Positions 60,120-64,000 of a stretch of DNA of 64,000 bases are shown here, piece after piece. Source of the stretch: an uncultured Gammaproteobacteria bacterium (GTDB lineage Bacteria; Patescibacteriota; Microgenomatia; UBA10105; UBA927). The stretch is from positions 76 to 64,075 of the forward strand of contig CAZVTT010000004.1 of the NCBI GenBank assembly GCA_964629685.1. Direction: 5' to 3'. A model generated the notes under the pieces. That model was not told the origin of the DNA and made no database searches. It worked only from the letters and a program-made list of their open reading frames with translations. The stretch's first letter is position 1; every line of letters starts with the position of its first letter. Both the position numbers and the translations under genes were made by a program.

Positions 60120-60196
60120 TGGTGGACGCTAAGAGATTCGAACTCCTGACCCCTACTGTGTAAAAGTAGTGCTCTAACCAACTGAGCTAAGCGTCC
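60120..60196 (-). tRNA. tRNA-Val (TAC)
   Basis: GGACGCT/AGCGTCC acceptor stem, AGCTCAGTTGGTTAGAGC D arm, CTACT-TTTACAC-AGTAG, GTTCGAATC, CCA. Confidence 0.95.
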
Positions 60197-60371
60197 GTTC
60201 TGGGAACAACCTATCGGTTTTTCCCAACCTTTTCCCTCTATAGTGTCACGAACGATTCTCCGTAAACTCCGTTCGTGACGGATTTTATCTTTCTCCATTG
60301 ACTACGTTTGATCTCCGACTGGAACTCTCTCCGAACGGGATTTCCCTAATGGATAGTATCCAGCCTCAGGA

Positions 60372-60400
60372 ATTATACGAGAAAAATGGAGTGAGTACAA
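60372..60400 (-). promoter_or_regulatory. sigma70-type promoter about 170 nt upstream of tRNA-Val
   Basis: TTGTAC-17 bp-TATAAT on the minus strand. Confidence 0.6.
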
Positions 60401-60406
60401 CATTCC

Positions 60407-60775
60407 TTATTTCGCTGCTGTATCTATCTGTTCAGATACAATCTCACTAATTTCATCCCCTTCACGGTAGAGAAACCGAAAATCGGTCCGCTCCGCTTGT
60501 TCGGTAATATTTCCCTCAACATCACAAAACGTCACATGTGCATTTTCAAATAAATCCATACCTACATACGTTCCCTGAACTTCGCGTACATACACGGCAA
60601 CATCGCCGCGCAAATATTTCACCGGCTCTCCCGTATATCCCACGTGATAAACCCTATGTGTTTCCAACACCAAACTTTTTACCCTACCATCGGCGTCAAC
60701 AAATGCAAAGTAATCCACCTCATGCGGATGAGATTCTTGCGTAATATGCATCGCCGGCAATGGTTGCCGTTCCAT
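60407..60775 (-). CDS. Hypothetical protein
   Basis: 122 aa, RBS AAGGAGG, upstream TTGACG-17-TAAAAT. Confidence 0.7.
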   Translation of the reverse strand: MERQPLPAMHITQESHPHEVDYFAFVDADGRVKSLVLETHRVYHVGYTGEPVKYLRGDVAVYVREVQGTYVGMDLFENAHVTFCDVEGNITEQAERTDFRFLYREGDEISEIVSEQIDTAAK

Positions 60776-60964
60776 ATATGCCTCCTTTATTCAAACTGAT
60801 TTGGTTTCTACACAGCTGAAGAACTATATTTTATAGGCTATATTTATTTACGTCAAGCATACCCAATATGCCTGCAACGCAAAAGACACCCAAGGTTGTG
60901 ATTGTGATCAACAAATTCCCGAGAGGGAACGGCCTAAGGCCCCATGAGTGTCTTTGCACGAACA

Positions 60965-61360
60965 TTATACCGCTACCGTCGCCTCTGCTACTGAAACCAG
61001 CGCAACCGCCTGCATCATCCGCTTCAGGTGCGGATTGTCATCGCCATCTTCGGCTGTAATTTTCGCAATTACTTCCGTTCCGCCAGTCAGGGTAACGTTC
61101 CCATGTACATCTGCGGTGGCAATAACGATACCATCGGTATTTATGAACGTTGCGGTTTCACCGACGAACTGAACTGTTCCGAATGACAGAAATGATTCGC
61201 CATTCAGATAGGCTGTCCATTTATCATCAGTCGGCGAATTCCAGTGAACGCGGGCAAATGTGTGTTCAACGTTGTCGGGTCTATATAGCCCTATTCCGCT
61301 TCCCACACCCGGCACTGCATCGGCGATGCGATGCTTTCCTGAACTGTCTGTTACGAACAT
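60965..61360 (-). CDS. Hypothetical protein (beta-rich, hydrophobic C-terminal helix)
   Basis: 131 aa, RBS GAGG. Confidence 0.6.
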   Translation of the reverse strand: MFVTDSSGKHRIADAVPGVGSGIGLYRPDNVEHTFARVHWNSPTDDKWTAYLNGESFLSFGTVQFVGETATFINTDGIVIATADVHGNVTLTGGTEVIAKITAEDGDDNPHLKRMMQAVALVSVAEATVAV

Positions 61361-61551
61361 GGTTTCCTCGCTAAACTATTTGGTAAATAATCCTCTGGTA
61401 CCGTGAGGTATAAATCCATCAGATCCTTTTAAACACAATAAATGTCCAAAAGGACCTGATGGAAGGTAGCGTTAAGTTAACGTGCAATGAAAAAGCGGAC
61501 TACAGATTAAGTGCCGCAAATGGCAAATTACCCGTATGTACGCTGAATTAC

Positions 61552-61580
61552 AGTATACCCGAAGAGTACAGAATAGTCAA
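61552..61580 (-). promoter_or_regulatory. sigma70-type promoter
   Basis: TTGACT-17 bp-TATACT on the minus strand. Confidence 0.6.
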
Positions 61581-62234
61581 CTATAGGCCTATTACTACTT
61601 GCTCCTCCTTTTTCACTCCATCCACCTGTTTTATGGTAAATTCCACACCGTCAGATTCCAGAACGATATGCGCGGTATTTCCCACAGCTCCCGGGGGCAA
61701 AGACCGGTACGGAGCAAATCCGATATGCATTAAAAATTGACGGATACATCCTCCGTGGCTTACAACCAGCACCGTTTTACCGGCATACGCAACAGCAATC
61801 TCCCGAAGTGAAGTAATAAATCGACTAATCACCTCCGCGTCGCTTTCCACATCCGGTGCTAGTTTAAATGCTTTACGGTGCTCATCACTTAAAGATTCTT
61901 GTTGTTGTAATAAATCCCGAAGTTCCTGGTTATATTCCTCAAATGTTTTCCCTTCAAAATGTCCGAACATTCTTTCCCGAAGCAATTTGGTTGTTTGAAC
62001 AGCCAATTTCCGCTCTAATGTAATAAGTTCTGCAGTATGTTGAGCACGGTATAAATCTGAAGAAAAAATTGCATCAAAATGTATTTGCCTAAGAGATTCA
62101 CCGAGTACTCGGGCTTGTGTAATTCCGACAGGAGTTAATTTTGAATCGTGGTGTCCCTGAATTAAGCGTCGGACATTCCACTCAGTTTCTCCGTGACGCA
62201 CGAGATAAATCGTACAACTCTGAATTTTGTTCAT
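61581..62234 (-). CDS. Histidine phosphatase family protein (PGM-like)
   Basis: RHGETEWN, SSDL.RA..TA, LRE, VSHGG. Confidence 0.92.
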   Translation of the reverse strand: MNKIQSCTIYLVRHGETEWNVRRLIQGHHDSKLTPVGITQARVLGESLRQIHFDAIFSSDLYRAQHTAELITLERKLAVQTTKLLRERMFGHFEGKTFEEYNQELRDLLQQQESLSDEHRKAFKLAPDVESDAEVISRFITSLREIAVAYAGKTVLVVSHGGCIRQFLMHIGFAPYRSLPPGAVGNTAHIVLESDGVEFTIKQVDGVKKEEQVVIGL

Positions 62235-62342
62235 ATTTTGTATTATACGATACCGTCGTTACGCGGTTATAAAGATATACAATTCTTTATGTAAAAACAT
62301 TACATACAGACTAGGATCGGTATGATAGAATACAAATCAACA

Positions 62343-62813
62343 ATGTTTCGTCGGGTATATCAATTACTTATACCGTTACTTTTCTTCGCAGTAGGATCTG
62401 CTTCTCCGGTGCTGGCACATGAACCCATGAAACACATGGCCATGAGACACTCGGAGGGACTTTCACCACTCATTTCAATACCGTTGCTTATTTCTATCGG
62501 CATCATTTTTCTCTTTTATGCATTGTTAAAACAAAAGCGTTCTGTTTTTGCTGCCGTATGCGTACTCTCATTAAGTGCCATAACCTTTAACACCATTGCA
62601 CCATCTAAAATAGTTTGTGCATTTTTTGTACACGAGGCTTCGTTTCAGGCCACAGATCACGATTGCTGTTCTACGGCAGCTCTGCCGGCGCAATCGCCGT
62701 TAACGTTAATCACCAGTGTAATTGTCGTGAAACGGACTAATCCGGACATGCCGCAGGCAGTAACGCTGCCCGCAGTCCGCACCCATAATCCCCGGGCACC
62801 GCCTCTTGTCTAA
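62343..62813 (+). CDS. Membrane protein with C-terminal RAPP motif (putative ribosome-arrest regulatory leader)
   Basis: Signal peptide (VLA|H), HEPMKHMAMRH, 2 TM, HDCC, ends ...RAPPLV*. Confidence 0.7.
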   Translation: MFRRVYQLLIPLLFFAVGSASPVLAHEPMKHMAMRHSEGLSPLISIPLLISIGIIFLFYALLKQKRSVFAAVCVLSLSAITFNTIAPSKIVCAFFVHEASFQATDHDCCSTAALPAQSPLTLITSVIVVKRTNPDMPQAVTLPAVRTHNPRAPPLV

Positions 62814-62873
62814 TTTCTCCTACGTGTAGTGTTTTCATTTTCCTCACGTCCGTGAGGTGTATTCAGACAACTT

Positions 62874-64000
62874 ATGTTGCAATTACCGGCTAAAATTCAT
62901 CCGATCGTGGATGCCGTAATTCGCGAACGGGAAACCTTGTTTTCCCTGGTTCGGGGAACCGGCAGCGCGGTTAACATTATATTTCCTCAGATCATGGAGG
63001 AAAACATAGCAGCGTTACAACAGCTGTACCGTAAACATTCCCTTAACGGGGGAGTATACTACGCGCTCAAAGTGAACCAATCCCGCGCATTTTTGCGGCA
63101 GGCTAAACAGTCGGGAATCGGTCTTGACGCTGCTTCCGAACAGGAATTGGTTTCTGCATTGGCGGCTGGCTTTACCGGTAAGGAAATAGAAGTAACCGGG
63201 CCCAAAAATACAAACTTCATCCGCTTAGCACTACAACACTCATGTCTTCTGAATGTAGACAGCATTGAAGAGTTAGAAACAATAATCGGTATTGCTACGG
63301 AAACTAAACAGATCATTCCCGTATCCATACTCATGCGTCTGAGCAACTTTAGCCCGGTAGGTACGGGACACATTTCGCGTTTCGGAATTTCTATTTCGCA
63401 ATTTCAAAAACAATTACCGGTATTGCAAAAATACCACAAACAACTTTTCCTGAAAGGCTTTTCGTTTCATATCGATACAAACGCAATTCCGGAAAAAATT
63501 CTGGCAATAGATCAGCTACTGGATCTCTACGAACACACCGTCGCCGCCGGTCTCACCCCAAACGCACTGAATATAGGTGGGGGATTTCCCCAAGTATTTA
63601 CCGATAATCCTGCTGCATGGAATGAGTATGTTTCAGCACTAAAAGATTCAGTTGTTCAGCGACATGAACCGCTAACTTGGAGTAACGAAAATTATGGGTA
63701 TCTTATTCAAAATCAGATGGCATTGGGAACTCCAACCTTCTATAAGTACGGTGGTACCAAAACCGTAGAACACGCATTTACCGAACTTATGACCGCTGAG
63801 CTGCCGAAACACGACAGACAAACGGTGGCTGGCATCCTGCGGGAAAATACCATTGACTTGCTCATAGAGCCCGGCAAATCCAGTGTTGATCAGGCCGGAA
63901 TAACTGTGGCACCTGTAGATTTCGTTAAAACATCCGTCCGGGGAGACGTACTGGTCGGACTGGCAATAAAACGCGACGATGTTACTCCCGAAGATCAGGA
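62874..64000 (+). CDS. Y4yA-like PLP-dependent enzyme (Orn/DAP/Arg decarboxylase group IV), runs off the window end
   Basis: Not in the ORF track because it has no stop in the window. Hand translation: MLQLPAKIHP...YYALKVN...DAAS..EL...TGPK...SRFG...FH...NIGGG...EPGK. Confidence 0.82.
   Translation, partial: MLQLPAKIHPIVDAVIRERETLFSLVRGTGSAVNIIFPQIMEENIAALQQLYRKHSLNGGVYYALKVNQSRAFLRQAKQSGIGLDAASEQELVSALAAGFTGKEIEVTGPKNTNFIRLALQHSCLLNVDSIEELETIIGIATETKQIIPVSILMRLSNFSPVGTGHISRFGISISQFQKQLPVLQKYHKQLFLKGFSFHIDTNAIPEKILAIDQLLDLYEHTVAAGLTPNALNIGGGFPQVFTDNPAAWNEYVSALKDSVVQRHEPLTWSNENYGYLIQNQMALGTPTFYKYGGTKTVEHAFTELMTAELPKHDRQTVAGILRENTIDLLIEPGKSSVDQAGITVAPVDFVKTSVRGDVLVGLAIKRDDVTPEDQ

Noticed and set aside
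60071-60298. 75-aa minus-strand ORF
   Set aside because: It spans tRNA-Val on the same strand, so it is a spurious frame.
60870-60880. GCCTGCAACGC matching part of the 36-bp palindrome
   Set aside because: One 11-nt match in 64 kb on both strands is roughly what chance would give, and there is no second arm.
61495-61545. c-di-GMP-II riboswitch suggested by GGCACTT on the minus strand
   Set aside because: The kink-turn and flanking consensus elements are missing; kept only as an unassigned structured leader.
696-63373. Numerous 60-155 aa ORFs antisense to or nested within well-supported genes
   Set aside because: They are shadow frames of real CDSs, with no RBS, promoter or motif support.
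1-64000. CRISPR array, IS transposase, integrase, rRNA
   Set aside because: By eye I found no regularly spaced repeats, no DDE or tyrosine/serine recombinase motifs and no rRNA signatures.

Overview
Chromosomal window from a reduced-genome bacterium, most likely CPR/Patescibacteria of the Microgenomates type. This is inferred from the short HolA, the orphan membrane-anchored peptide-binding protein, the transglutaminase-like surface protein, GT-C-like membrane proteins, an RND pump with no adjacent TolC, and many apparently leaderless genes. 0-32 kb is core genome: SAM-I-like riboswitch plus metK, rarA, holA, a sugar-phosphate/gluconeogenesis cluster (manB, manA-like, pgi, ppsA, eno, gpmI, bifunctional FBP aldolase/phosphatase, acsA), rsmI, dedA, lexA divergent from uvrB-uvrA-(transglutaminase)-uvrC-yvlD-yvcK-secG-oppA-like. 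32-64 kb is largely accessory: a BlaI/M56/DsbA/DsbD-cupredoxin locus with two palindromic operators, tandem PlsC-like acyltransferases, csoR-copA with its operator, an APH(6)-like kinase, four tRNAs (Gln, Gly, Phe, Val), an RND pump and several orphan genes flanked by structured non-coding sequence. Four observations stand out. (1) A minimal GIY-YIG nuclease cassette sits at the 5' end of tRNA-Gln between two copies of a 16-bp sequence, and the upstream copy is cleanly interrupted by a 36-bp palindrome. (2) A His/Met/Cys-rich membrane protein ending in a RAPP ribosome-arrest motif lies directly upstream of a Y4yA-like PLP enzyme. (3) A BlaI/BlaR-like pair appears to control thiol-redox/copper genes instead of a beta-lactamase. 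(4) Two small membrane-protein genes have complementary 5' and 3' UTRs. All calls come from reading motifs by eye; no searches were run.
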